The translations under genes and the position numbers were made by a program. A stretch of 62,759 bases of DNA, filler included, from Limisphaerales bacterium (GTDB lineage: Bacteria; Verrucomicrobiota; Verrucomicrobiia; Limisphaerales; SIBE01): the NCBI GenBank assembly GCA_044225505.1. It is 5 parts of 5 records of this genome, joined end to end, with 100 filler letters (N's around TTAATTAATTAA, not from the genome) between each part and the next. Parts side by side here need not be neighbours in the genome. Positions count along the whole stretch, not along the records: positions 1 to 12,888 come from JBGAIN010000207.1; 4 more parts are not named here. One strand, written 5' to 3'. Positions 1-9,341 of the stretch are shown here, piece by piece; position 1 is the first letter of the stretch; each line of letters begins with the position of its first letter. A model generated the notes under the pieces. It was not told the origin of the DNA and made no database searches. It worked only from the letters and a program-made list of their open reading frames with translations.

Positions 1-228
1 CTTGCGGGAACGATTCAGCCAGCGAGAGAACGTTAACTTCTCGCCCGTCTGGCGCCACGCTTCGACGAGAAGATGCCCTGTCCCTCCTCCAGAGCCGAGC
101 TGGTGTCCCGCCGGATCACTGCAGGCGAACCAATCTGGTCGGGAATGGGTGGTTAAAGCCTCGAATGCACTCGCCATTCTGGGGGGCAAAGAAATCAGAT
201 ACTGGAGGTCGCGATTTAACTCCGACAT
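1..228 (-). CDS. fkp: Bifunctional L-fucokinase/GDP-L-fucose pyrophosphorylase, N-terminal part (runs off window)
   Basis: Not in ORF track. Manual translation MSELNRDLQYLISLPPRMASAFEAL...DWFACSDPAGHQLGSGGGTGHLL...WLNRSRK matches the Fkp N-terminus (LLSLP...DWFCTSDP..KKLGSGGGT). Confidence 0.85.
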   Translation of the reverse strand, partial: MSELNRDLQYLISLPPRMASAFEALTTHSRPDWFACSDPAGHQLGSGGGTGHLLVEAWRQTGEKLTFSRWLNRSRK

Positions 229-301
229 ACGTCACGGCAATAATGCCGGGAGGGACACTCGCTGTCGAGGGGTTGAATTAGGCGCCAAGCGTCGCTGCTA
301 T

Positions 302-1273
302 TCACCCCAGGTCGACCAGCGCCATCTTAGCGGCTCCAACAGCAACAGCGGTGCCGCCGAGTTTGGCCGCTTTAACCTTTAGGACTTCGGCGACTTCCGG
401 GATCAAGTGGCTCCGCATACTTTCGCTTATTTCATGGACGACCAATTTTGGCATTTCGTCGGTCAAACCACCACCCAAGACCACCATCTCCGGATTCATA
501 AAATTGACTACATTGGATAGGGCAATTCCGACCACTTGCATGCGGGCTTTCAGCATGTCTTCGACTTGCTTATCGCCGTTGGCTATCGCCTTCGCAAGGA
601 CATGCCATCCGACCTTGGCTAGATCTGTGCCGACACGCTTATGTAAGTATGGTGCCCAGTTCTTGATTGCCATTTGGAGGGCTTCGGCCGCAATGCTCGC
701 TTTGCTCGCAATGCGATCGACCATCCCGTGGCTTTGAGCCGCCTTGGGACCGCCAACCGGCTGAGCAAGAATACAGCCCACCTGTCCGCCATAGCCGGTT
801 GCTCCTTCGTAAAGCTGCCCATTCATAATGGCTGCTCCGCCCACGCCCGTCCCGAAGAAGACGCCCAAAACGTGTCGGCACCCCTTAGCCACACCCGCTT
901 GATGCTCCGCATACAGCCCGAAGTGCACGTCATTACCAATGACGCATGCTAATCCCGTGCCCTCCTGAACAATCTTGCCAATTGGATAGTCCTCCAAGCA
1001 CAGAATGTTCGGAGCCGTCTGAACGTGACACTTGATTTTGTCGACGCTCCCCGCGAAGCCAATTCCTGCACCGGCCAACGAAAGTTTCTTGCGCTGAGCA
1101 GTCCGTTTTGACGCTTTAATCGCACTCACCAGTTCGCTGGTAAATCGCTTTTGACCGAGCCCTGGCTCTGTTTTGAATCTGATCTCATCCAAAACTTGCA
1201 GATCTTCATCAACCAGAATGCAGAGAGTTTTGGTTCCCCCAATATCGATTCCTATGCTGGCGCGCTTGCTCAT
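302..1273 (-). CDS. ROK family sugar kinase (glucokinase-like)
   Basis: GIDIGGTK ATP-binding motif, GNDV, GTGVGGA and VLGGG motifs; the CxCG zinc motif is absent. Confidence 0.9.
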   Translation of the reverse strand: MSKRASIGIDIGGTKTLCILVDEDLQVLDEIRFKTEPGLGQKRFTSELVSAIKASKRTAQRKKLSLAGAGIGFAGSVDKIKCHVQTAPNILCLEDYPIGKIVQEGTGLACVIGNDVHFGLYAEHQAGVAKGCRHVLGVFFGTGVGGAAIMNGQLYEGATGYGGQVGCILAQPVGGPKAAQSHGMVDRIASKASIAAEALQMAIKNWAPYLHKRVGTDLAKVGWHVLAKAIANGDKQVEDMLKARMQVVGIALSNVVNFMNPEMVVLGGGLTDEMPKLVVHEISESMRSHLIPEVAEVLKVKAAKLGGTAVAVGAAKMALVDLG

Positions 1274-1469
1274 GCCGGATTATACCTCCTTTAGGTCGGT
1301 CAGCTACAGGGACGCGCTCATTCTCGGGCGGAGGCTCAGCGAAAGCCCCAGTTTGAGCCAATCTCGTCCTTAAGCTGCCCAGAACGTCGTCTCTCGGACC
1401 GTGCCTGTCCATAGGGCCGGAGCTGATTTCGTCGTGAGCTGATTAGGAGGGATCAAATCGATGGCCTAT

Positions 1470-2120
1470 TCAGTCGTCGCACGGTTCTGGGCTTTCCCAC
1501 TTCGGATAGACCTCCGGTTTCAATTCTCCGCGTCGGATCAACTCCTGTAAGTCGCGGATAATGGTGCGACGGGCTACGCGGAATTCGCGAGCCAGGGCCG
1601 AAACATTTGGGCGGTCTGTGCTCTGGGCGATCAACCGTCGAATCTCGGTTTGCCGGCTCAACCTATCGGTGGAACGGCTGAGCAAAGCTTCAATATCGAC
1701 ACGTTTGGAACGTTCCAAGGCTTCAAATTGGCGCACAATCTCGGCCTCGCCGCACTCCTTTAAAGCAACATCAACGGTTCGCTTTAGTTCCTCCAAATCG
1801 ACAGGTTTGGTAATGCAATAATGGGCGCGGCGGGGTCCTTGCAAAGCCTCTATCTGTTGCTGTGCGCCAAGGACACCAGAGACAACAATGATCGGGACGT
1901 AAGGTAATAGTTCTTTCAGCTCCGGGAGGTAATCCAAGCCTAGTTCTCCGTCATCAAGGATGTGATCGAGAATGATGACATTCGGAGGCTTGTCTCGCAA
2001 AGCCCGTAACGCTTCGCTGCCTGTCGTGACCCGGACTAGCTCGTATGCGGCAAGAGCGTCCTCGTAAAGTTCGTATTGCAGATCGTCATCTTCCGCCACG
2101 AGGATTCGCGCTGTATTCAT
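1470..2120 (-). CDS. Response regulator: REC domain plus C-terminal HTH
   Basis: ILVAEDD..IILD..VSG..KP receiver; NVSALAREFRVARRTIIRDLQEL is HTH-like. Start moved to the ATG at 2120. Confidence 0.8.
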   Translation of the reverse strand: MNTARILVAEDDDLQYELYEDALAAYELVRVTTGSEALRALRDKPPNVIILDHILDDGELGLDYLPELKELLPYVPIIVVSGVLGAQQQIEALQGPRRAHYCITKPVDLEELKRTVDVALKECGEAEIVRQFEALERSKRVDIEALLSRSTDRLSRQTEIRRLIAQSTDRPNVSALAREFRVARRTIIRDLQELIRRGELKPEVYPKWESPEPCDD

Positions 2121-2198
2121 ACGGAGATTAAGCATTACATAACTCAGGAACCCCCTTGCTTCAAGCAGTTCCCCACGAACCAATGATTACTTCCATTT

Positions 2199-3086
2199 TC
2201 AACCGAGCGCAGGATCGACAATGGCGTATACGGTCGACCAATCCGCGCGCGGCCCCGGGGCTCCCCGAAACATTCGAATCAAACGTCGCTGCACCGTAAA
2301 CCCACGCGACTGCGCCAACTCGACCGCGGCGGGATTGACCTCAGGAACATCCCAAAAAACCGCCTCGCCTCCCGCTTCGGCGAGCAGCGTTTGCAGGATT
2401 GGTAAAGCGCCTTCCCGACTCCGAGCTATCACCGGTCCCAGGTAGGCTGCACGCATGCCCGCGCGCAGCATCCCGAACCCGCTATGGTTCCCTTCTCCTC
2501 CATCGTGCCAGAGGACACGAAGACTTTGCCGAGCCAGGTGGCCCAGAAGTTGTGCGCGCTCGATTCCGAAAGCTTTTCCATCTAGTTCGGTAATCCGTGC
2601 CAATTCCGTGTCCCGGAGCGGTGACGCGGAGGTAATCCCACGAGCAGGCTTAGACGGCGCAGCGGTTAACTCATGCCGGGCCAGACTCATTTCGGGCTGG
2701 AATCCGGCCCGCTCGTAGAGCGGTTGCCCGAGCGGTGTCGCATCTAACTTAATGCATTTCGCGCCTCGGCCTTCCAAATAGTGCAAGGCTCGACGAAGCA
2801 GCGCGGAACCGACGCCGCACCGTCGACACTCTGGAGCGACCAAAACCATCCCAATCCAACTGAGCTCAGGTCCATAAAAGTGGGTTGTGGTAGTACCAGC
2901 AGGTTCGCCATTCAAACTGGCGACGAAACACCCCTCGGGCTCGAGCGCAAGAAATCGCAGCCAATCTTGTCGCGTCTGATTCCATCCTGCCGCCGCGCGC
3001 AACCGTTCCGCGAACGCCAAATCACTGGCCTTCATCTGCCGAACTTCAACACCTGCTAGGAAGTCACTTGGCATTGACCAAGACAC
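2199..3086 (-). CDS. GNAT family N-acetyltransferase (two-domain, YitH-like)
   Basis: WIGMVLVAPECRRCGVGSALL, LDATPLGQPLYERAGF, YLGPVIA. Confidence 0.88.
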   Translation of the reverse strand: MSWSMPSDFLAGVEVRQMKASDLAFAERLRAAAGWNQTRQDWLRFLALEPEGCFVASLNGEPAGTTTTHFYGPELSWIGMVLVAPECRRCGVGSALLRRALHYLEGRGAKCIKLDATPLGQPLYERAGFQPEMSLARHELTAAPSKPARGITSASPLRDTELARITELDGKAFGIERAQLLGHLARQSLRVLWHDGGEGNHSGFGMLRAGMRAAYLGPVIARSREGALPILQTLLAEAGGEAVFWDVPEVNPAAVELAQSRGFTVQRRLIRMFRGAPGPRADWSTVYAIVDPALG

Positions 3087-3095
3087 TGGTTGGTT

Positions 3096-3740
3096 TTAGG
3101 GAAGCGAGTTGTGGGAATTCGCCGCCCATTTTGCTGCACGAACGAATGCCATTACTTTCGCCGGGTCTTTACGCCCAGGAGAAGACTCAACGCCGCTCGA
3201 AACATCCACTGCGTAAGGTCGAACTTGCTTGACCGCATCGGCAACGTTGGCCGAGGTGAGTCCTCCCGCGAGAATGATACGGGGCGCGAACTGGCTCGCG
3301 TTTGCCGCAAGCGCCCAATTGAATCGCTCCCCTGTGCCGCCCAGCTTGTCGGGAACATAACTGTCCAGCAAACACGTTTCTCTGCCATAGGCTTTCAGCG
3401 CGGCAAGCGACCCCTCGTCTCGAATACGAAACGCCTTGATGACCTTCAATGCAAACCGACGACAGAACTCCGGAGACTCCTCCCCATGGAATTGCAGGGT
3501 ATCGAGCCCGCAGATGCCGGCAGTCTCATGCACGAACGCTTCCCCGGCGTCGACAAACAGCCCAACTTTCGCCACAAACGCCGGCAGGCTCGATGTGATA
3601 GCGAAAGCCTGAGCGGCCGTAACGAAACGGGGACTTGCTCGATGAAAGACAAAGCCCAAAGCATCAGCGCCGGCATCCACCGCCGCAAGGGCGTCTTCCA
3701 GAGAGGTTATCCCACAAATCTTGACTCGGACGTTGCTCAC
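3096..3740 (-). CDS. trpF: Phosphoribosylanthranilate isomerase
   Basis: VKICGIT, GADALGFVF, QFHGEE, GGTG, LAGGL, VDVSSGVE. Confidence 0.97.
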   Translation of the reverse strand: MSNVRVKICGITSLEDALAAVDAGADALGFVFHRASPRFVTAAQAFAITSSLPAFVAKVGLFVDAGEAFVHETAGICGLDTLQFHGEESPEFCRRFALKVIKAFRIRDEGSLAALKAYGRETCLLDSYVPDKLGGTGERFNWALAANASQFAPRIILAGGLTSANVADAVKQVRPYAVDVSSGVESSPGRKDPAKVMAFVRAAKWAANSHNSLP

Positions 3741-3954
3741 TTTGAACGCAAGTTTACCGACTCTTGCTGTTTGAATCTACTGCATTCATTCTTTCCATCC
3801 TGCCGAACGAGATACTGCAAGCCTAAGGCTGTCAGCCGCGACCCAATCCCTTCGACCAACGAGGGCTTATCGTTTGCGGTATCGACTCCCCCGGAGTTTC
3901 GCTCCTGGGAGCAAGCTTGCTTAAGGCGCTTCCCGCAGGTGAAACTGCAACCGA

Positions 3955-4596
3955 ATGAGCTCCATTTCAAATGATGCGCCGAAAGGATCAGGTCACGGAT
4001 TGCGCGAGGCCGATTTGAACACAGATCCCATCGTGCAATTCGGACTCTGGTACGACCAAGTTCTTGCCGCGGGCGTGCCCGAACCGAATGCTATGACTCT
4101 GGCTACGAGCACAACCGATGGAGTGCCTTCTGCTCGAATCGTTCTGCTGAAAGGCTACGATGCGCGGGGCTTTACTTTCTTTACCAACTACGAAAGTCAG
4201 AAAGGTCGGGAACTTGCTGAGAACCCCAGAGTCGCGCTGGTGATGTTTTGGCCAACCTTAGAGCGACAGGTCCGGATTACCGGCACAGCGTCGCGGACCG
4301 GGCGCGATGAATCCGAGGCCTACTTTCGCGGTCGACCGGTTGGAAGTCAGATCGGCGCTTGGGCGTCATCCCAAAGCACGGTGTTAATCGACCGCGAAGA
4401 ATTGGATGCCCGGGCCCAGATGCTGGCTCAACAGTTCCACGGCAAGCCCGTCCCGCTTCCAGCGTATTGGGGCGGATTTCGGGTCCAGCCGAACGCGGTC
4501 GAGTTTTGGCAAGCCCGCGTGAGCCGGCTGCACGATCGGTTTCGTTACACGCGCCTAGCCACGCAAGAATGGCGGCGCGAACGGCTTTCGCCGTGA
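3955..4596 (+). CDS. pdxH: Pyridoxamine 5'-phosphate oxidase
   Basis: PSARIVLLK, FFTNYESQKG, RQVRI, EFWQ.R.SRLHDR. Confidence 0.97.
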   Translation: MSSISNDAPKGSGHGLREADLNTDPIVQFGLWYDQVLAAGVPEPNAMTLATSTTDGVPSARIVLLKGYDARGFTFFTNYESQKGRELAENPRVALVMFWPTLERQVRITGTASRTGRDESEAYFRGRPVGSQIGAWASSQSTVLIDREELDARAQMLAQQFHGKPVPLPAYWGGFRVQPNAVEFWQARVSRLHDRFRYTRLATQEWRRERLSP

Positions 4597-4604
4597 TCTC
4601 GTAC

Positions 4605-5150
4605 CTATTCACTGACACGACGAGCGTCTTGAGTGATCTTTACACTATCCATGAGCTTGCGCACTGTCGCCAATTGGCCTGGTAGTATGAAATCGGGCGC
4701 AATCTCGCTGAGCGGAGCGAGAACGAAGGCACGCTGATGAGCGCGTGGATGCGGGAGGGTCAATCGTGCCGTCGCGCAAACGGTCTGGCCCCACGCGATC
4801 AGATCGAGGTCCAGCAGCCGCGGTTCGTTCAGCACGGTTTTGGGACGACGCCCGAAGTACTTCTCTAACTCCTGGAGGCGAGTCAATAGCGTCTCTGGGG
4901 TCTCCTGATTGCGTGGCAGAAACGCGACGACCGCATTGACGAAAAGAGCAGAGCCTGCCGGGCAGTCGATGGGGGCGCTGCGCCATCGGCTCGAACGCAG
5001 CATCGGATAGTCTGAAAAAGCCTGAAGAGAATCCATCGCCTGCGTGACGATGTTCAGCGAATCGCCTAGATTCGACCCAAGCGCGACGATAGCCCAGTCC
5101 GGCCCAGAAAACTCCGGAAACCTTGACGCTGCTTTTTCGGGTCTCGTCAT
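4605..5150 (-). CDS. folK: 2-amino-4-hydroxy-6-hydroxymethyldihydropteridine diphosphokinase
   Basis: ALGSNLGD, FVNAV, PRLLDLDLI, LPHPR..RAFVL.PL. Confidence 0.95.
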   Translation of the reverse strand: MTRPEKAASRFPEFSGPDWAIVALGSNLGDSLNIVTQAMDSLQAFSDYPMLRSSRWRSAPIDCPAGSALFVNAVVAFLPRNQETPETLLTRLQELEKYFGRRPKTVLNEPRLLDLDLIAWGQTVCATARLTLPHPRAHQRAFVLAPLSEIAPDFILPGQLATVRKLMDSVKITQDARRVSE

Positions 5151-5201
5151 TCGAGCGCGCTCTGGACCTGTTGCACCGTGGCAACGAACCGAGCGATGGC
5201 G

Positions 5202-6626
5202 TTATTGCTTAAGTCGAAAAAACAGTGACAACCCCGATGTTGGAAGTGCGAGCTGGCCAGCCACTGTAGAACTAGGCAAATCTCGCCACACGTCCAAACC
5301 AGAGGATGTTTGAACACGCGCGTTAGCATCATTCCAGGAAAGGAAGACGGCTCCTTCGCGGTATTGAATGCTCAACTTGGGAGGGTCGGGCAAAGGCTGT
5401 CCTACATCGTTCGCCCAAGTTTTCCAGATGCGATTTAACTGTGGGTGTGGTGCCAACTGATCGAAGGCCCAAACCAGCGCCGTATTGAATTGATGATAGA
5501 TCGGAAGAATAACAGGGCTTCGCCCTTCATAGACCATATGCGATAAATCGAACAGGCTATAGCCTATGCCGTCTACCTGGGCATCGTAATAAGGTAGAAC
5601 TTGGTGTAGCGTCTCTAACAAAAGGTCAAAGACGCACTGCATTGCCGGCTGATACTCGACCCAGTCGTAAAGTCCTAGCATCGCGAACATGGAGCCATCC
5701 AAAGTATAAACATCGGGCGTGAAGATGTACTCAGCCACCATCGGATAGCGAGCCAGCGTTGGATTTAGATCGGCCAATGACCCCATTCCTCCTTCCGGGT
5801 AGAGCATGACCTGAATCGCATTACTGGCAGCGCGAAAGTAAGCCGCATCTTTGGAGAGTTTGAATGCGCGCAAAAAAAGACTCACCGCCTGGCCTTGCTC
5901 CATCCCTGACACCCAACCCTTGGCCAACGGAGCGGCTTCGCCATTGAAATCGAAATGGTACGGGATCGTTCCATCCGGCAGTTGCATCTCCTTCAACGCG
6001 TTGACATTCGTCCAGAACACGGTCGGAAGCCCTCGTCCGTGCTTATAATCACTGTACAGCCACAGCGCGTATTGGGTGATGGTATTCGGCTGATAGACAT
6101 AGGTCGCCCCGCGATCGTAAGACTGCATGATGACCCCATTGACATCTCCCTTCGTATTCTCCCACTGGGCTGGCGACCAGACGGAACCCGCCCAATTCAA
6201 ATAATCGCCACCGCGCTGGTAGGGCCCACTCTGAGTAAAACGGCGCCAATCCGCTCCCTGGCGATTATATTCATCTATCGCCGCCCGAATCGCAGCCGAG
6301 TTTGTTAATTTCGGAATCTCCGGCCATTCGTCGGTCGGAAGAGCTTCAATCCAGCACGAGGCCAATACGGCAGGATAAAGGACAGTCAGCAGCAAAACTC
6401 CCAAAACGATATGGAGAAACGGGCTCGTGAAGCAATCGATGGCCACAGGTGACAATATGGGTGGAGACCCCAGACCTGCGTGAAGACTCTTTCCCCAATT
6501 CGATCGCCGTCCCCGCCGCCCACGCTGATCGAGGCCAAGTCCTCCGCCGGCGTTTTCCGGAAGAGTCCTGCCGATCGGCTTAAAACTGGTGTATCCCCGG
6601 AGCTCTTTCGTTGGAATTCCGCTCAT
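5202..6626 (-). CDS. Secreted D-glucuronyl C5-epimerase family protein with a C-terminal FFRL-ending domain; true start probably near 6460
   Basis: PNTITQYAL, WVSGMEQGQAVSLFLRA, LDGSMFAMLGLYD, LPYYD, YHQ match the C5-epimerase C-terminal family; hydrophobic signal-like segment IVLGVLLLTVLYPAVLA. Confidence 0.75.
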   Translation of the reverse strand: MSGIPTKELRGYTSFKPIGRTLPENAGGGLGLDQRGRRGRRSNWGKSLHAGLGSPPILSPVAIDCFTSPFLHIVLGVLLLTVLYPAVLASCWIEALPTDEWPEIPKLTNSAAIRAAIDEYNRQGADWRRFTQSGPYQRGGDYLNWAGSVWSPAQWENTKGDVNGVIMQSYDRGATYVYQPNTITQYALWLYSDYKHGRGLPTVFWTNVNALKEMQLPDGTIPYHFDFNGEAAPLAKGWVSGMEQGQAVSLFLRAFKLSKDAAYFRAASNAIQVMLYPEGGMGSLADLNPTLARYPMVAEYIFTPDVYTLDGSMFAMLGLYDWVEYQPAMQCVFDLLLETLHQVLPYYDAQVDGIGYSLFDLSHMVYEGRSPVILPIYHQFNTALVWAFDQLAPHPQLNRIWKTWANDVGQPLPDPPKLSIQYREGAVFLSWNDANARVQTSSGLDVWRDLPSSTVAGQLALPTSGLSLFFRLKQ

Positions 6627-6692
6627 TTTCAGTGCTCTGGTCTGCCAGACTTTCCGTGAATGACGGAATAGACGCGCATCAGTGCTTCAAAC

Positions 6693-7427
6693 TCACTTTA
6701 ATCCCAACACATCCTGCATGTCGTAAAGGCCCGGCTTTTGCGATACCGCCCATGCTGCTGCGCGCAAGGCGCCATTGGCGAAGGTTTCACGATTGGAAGC
6801 TTTATGGGTCAGCTCGACCCGTTCCCCGCCCGTTGCGAAAACCACGGTGTGATCGCCCACCACGTCCCCTCCACGGAGAGAATGCATGCCTATCTCCGCG
6901 CCCGTTCGCTCGCCGACGATGCCTTGCCGGCCGTGACGCAGAACGTCTTTCAGTTGCTGGTTTCGGACCGCAGCTAGAATTTCTGCGAGAGTTGCCGCTG
7001 TTCCGCTGGGCGCATCCTTCTTGAACCGGTGGTGCATTTCCACAATCTCCAAGTCGAAGTCAGAGCCCAGAATCTCTGCAGCTTTCCGGGTCAGCCAATA
7101 GAGGGTGTTCACCCCCCGCGAGTAGTTAGCGGACCAGACAATAGGAATCCGATCTTTCAGGGCCACGATGACGGAGCGCTCGTCTGGAGAATGCCCAGTC
7201 GTCCCGATCACCAGCGCTTTTCGGTTCCAAGCGCACAGAGTCGCGATCTCTGGCGTCGCGGAGTGAGCACTAAAGTCGACGACCGCATCGGCCTTTTCAA
7301 TGACCGACCGAATATCGTCGCCGGCATCAATCTGGCCTACGACCTGCAATTCGGTTTGACGCGCTGCACACGTAACGAGCGCCTGCCCCATTCGGCCTTT
7401 CGCGCCGGTAATGATGAGCTTCGTCAT
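6693..7427 (-). CDS. dapB: 4-hydroxy-tetrahydrodipicolinate reductase
   Basis: GAKGRMG, GTTG, EMHHRFKKDAPSGTA, RGGDVVGDH, FANGALRAA. Confidence 0.97.
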   Translation of the reverse strand: MTKLIITGAKGRMGQALVTCAARQTELQVVGQIDAGDDIRSVIEKADAVVDFSAHSATPEIATLCAWNRKALVIGTTGHSPDERSVIVALKDRIPIVWSANYSRGVNTLYWLTRKAAEILGSDFDLEIVEMHHRFKKDAPSGTAATLAEILAAVRNQQLKDVLRHGRQGIVGERTGAEIGMHSLRGGDVVGDHTVVFATGGERVELTHKASNRETFANGALRAAAWAVSQKPGLYDMQDVLGLK

Positions 7428-7431
7428 AGAC

Positions 7432-8305
7432 TTACTTGAGAACCCCGCACCGTTTCAGAGTCGATTTTAGCGTCTCCCTATTCTTGAGTGTCATGCCGAC
7501 CAATGGCAATCGGACTTTTCTTCCATCCTCCCAGCATCGCCAAGGCCGTCTTGAGTCGGCATGGATTGGTTTCGACAAAAAGTCTTTGAACAAGGGGTAA
7601 AGTTTCGTGTGCAGCTTCAGTGCTTGCGCTGTCACCGCTGGCAAAGGCGCGCACCATGGCAGCGACTTCTCGGGGAACCAGATTCGATGCAACACTGATA
7701 ACGCCCTTTGCCCCCACCGCCATGAATGGGAGCGTCAAGGAATCGTCGCCACTCAGGATTTCAAACCCGCTCCCCAAAGCAGTCCGAAGTTGGCTGACAC
7801 GGTCCGCGTTGCCGCCAGCTTCTTTAATGCCTACGACCGATCTAAACTCGTCCGCCAAACGCCGGACGGTGTCCACGCCGATTTCCACGCCGCACCGACC
7901 AGGAATGCTATATAGGACAATCGGAAGTCTAGTGGCCCGCGCGATGGACGCAAAATGCTGATAAAGACCCTCTTGCGTTGGTTTATTGTAGTATGGCGCG
8001 ACTTGCAGCGAACCATCCGCACCGGCTTTCTCGGCAGCCTGCGTCAGGTAAACCGCCTCGCTCGTCGCGTTTGCGCCGGTCCCAGCGAGCACTTTGACGT
8101 TGCCGTCCGCACATCGCACCGCCGCGCGAATGACCTCAATATGCTCCTCGTAGCTTAAGGTTGGCGATTCCCCAGTCGTGCCGACGGGCACAATTCCTTC
8201 GACCCCAGCTTTAATCTGCGCCTTGATCAACTGTTCCAGCGCGGGATAATCAATCTGGCCGTCTTTGAATGGGGTAACAAGGGCTGTATAAGTTCCAGTA
8301 AACAT
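7432..8305 (-). CDS. dapA: 4-hydroxy-tetrahydrodipicolinate synthase; frameshifts in the 3' end (likely sequence errors)
   Basis: GTTGES, PYYNKP, LYSIPGR, GIKEA, SGDD. The C-terminus (LYPLFKD; RLPLV..LK) alternates between frames at 7432-7630. Confidence 0.93.
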
Positions 8306-8370
8306 ATCACCTGAAGTCTTGGACAAGCTTTTCCAGCATCGAATAAACGGAAGAACTTGGCGAGAGGTTT

Positions 8371-9180
8371 TTAGAGCTCGACGTTGCCCTCAAACGCGAA
8401 CTCGGCCGGGCCTTTCAACTGGACCCCGCAAAAAACTCCTCCTTCCTCGCGAAAGCTCACTTCTAACACCTCCCCACCCTGCACTTGGACGGACAGGGGC
8501 GCTTTGGCACCGTGAATCTTTGCGGTCACAAGCGCTGCGGCCGAAACGCCCGTTCCGCACGCAAGCGTCTCTCCCTCAACGCCCCGCTCATAAGTCCGGA
8601 CTCGGATGGAATCAGTCCCTAAGCGCTGCACAAAGTTCACGTTGGTTCCTTTTGGCGCAAAGAATGAATGGTAACGGATTTCCGCACCCATTTCCTGAAC
8701 GGGCACCTTCTCTAGGTCCGTCACAAAGATGACGGCATGCGGCACTCCCGTGTTGATCGAATGCACGGTTTCCACCCCGCCAGACAACGGCACCTTCTGT
8801 GACAGCTTTAAATCGCGGGGTTCGGTCAGTCCCACGGTGACTCGGTCTTGATCGAACACTGCCCGAATGACACCGGCGCCCGTCTCGAATGTGACGGGCT
8901 TTTGAACTCCGGTCAGGCGTTGAATAAAACGCGCGAAACATCTGGCGCCGTTGCCACACATCTCGGCCGTGCCGCCGTCGCTATTATAGAATTCCCACGC
9001 GTAATCCGCTTTCCCTGACGTGCAAGGCACCAGGAGAAAGAGGCCATCGGCGCCCACTCCGCGGTGGCGATCGCACAACCGAACCACCTGATCACGAGTC
9101 AGTTGAATACGTTTATCTCGACTATCCATCAAGATGAAGTCGTTTCCCGCTCCGTTCATCTTTGTGAACTGCAAAAACAT
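8371..9180 (-). CDS. dapF: Diaminopimelate epimerase
   Basis: FTKMNGAGNDF, GADG, EMCGNGARC, TGVPH, ERGVEGETLACGTG. Confidence 0.97.
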   Translation of the reverse strand: MFLQFTKMNGAGNDFILMDSRDKRIQLTRDQVVRLCDRHRGVGADGLFLLVPCTSGKADYAWEFYNSDGGTAEMCGNGARCFARFIQRLTGVQKPVTFETGAGVIRAVFDQDRVTVGLTEPRDLKLSQKVPLSGGVETVHSINTGVPHAVIFVTDLEKVPVQEMGAEIRYHSFFAPKGTNVNFVQRLGTDSIRVRTYERGVEGETLACGTGVSAAALVTAKIHGAKAPLSVQVQGGEVLEVSFREEGGVFCGVQLKGPAEFAFEGNVEL

Positions 9181-9341
9181 GCGCCGGAACCTAGCAAAGC
9201 GGCTGCAAAACACAAGCGACCAGCCCGGATTCGCCCGGAAAACCACGGCGATCCCCGAAGACAGGGATTAAACCGACAAGGCTCGCTGGGTTTCGACCAA
9301 GCCAAGTCTGCCGCTCTATGCAAGGTGCGAGATTGCTTTAC

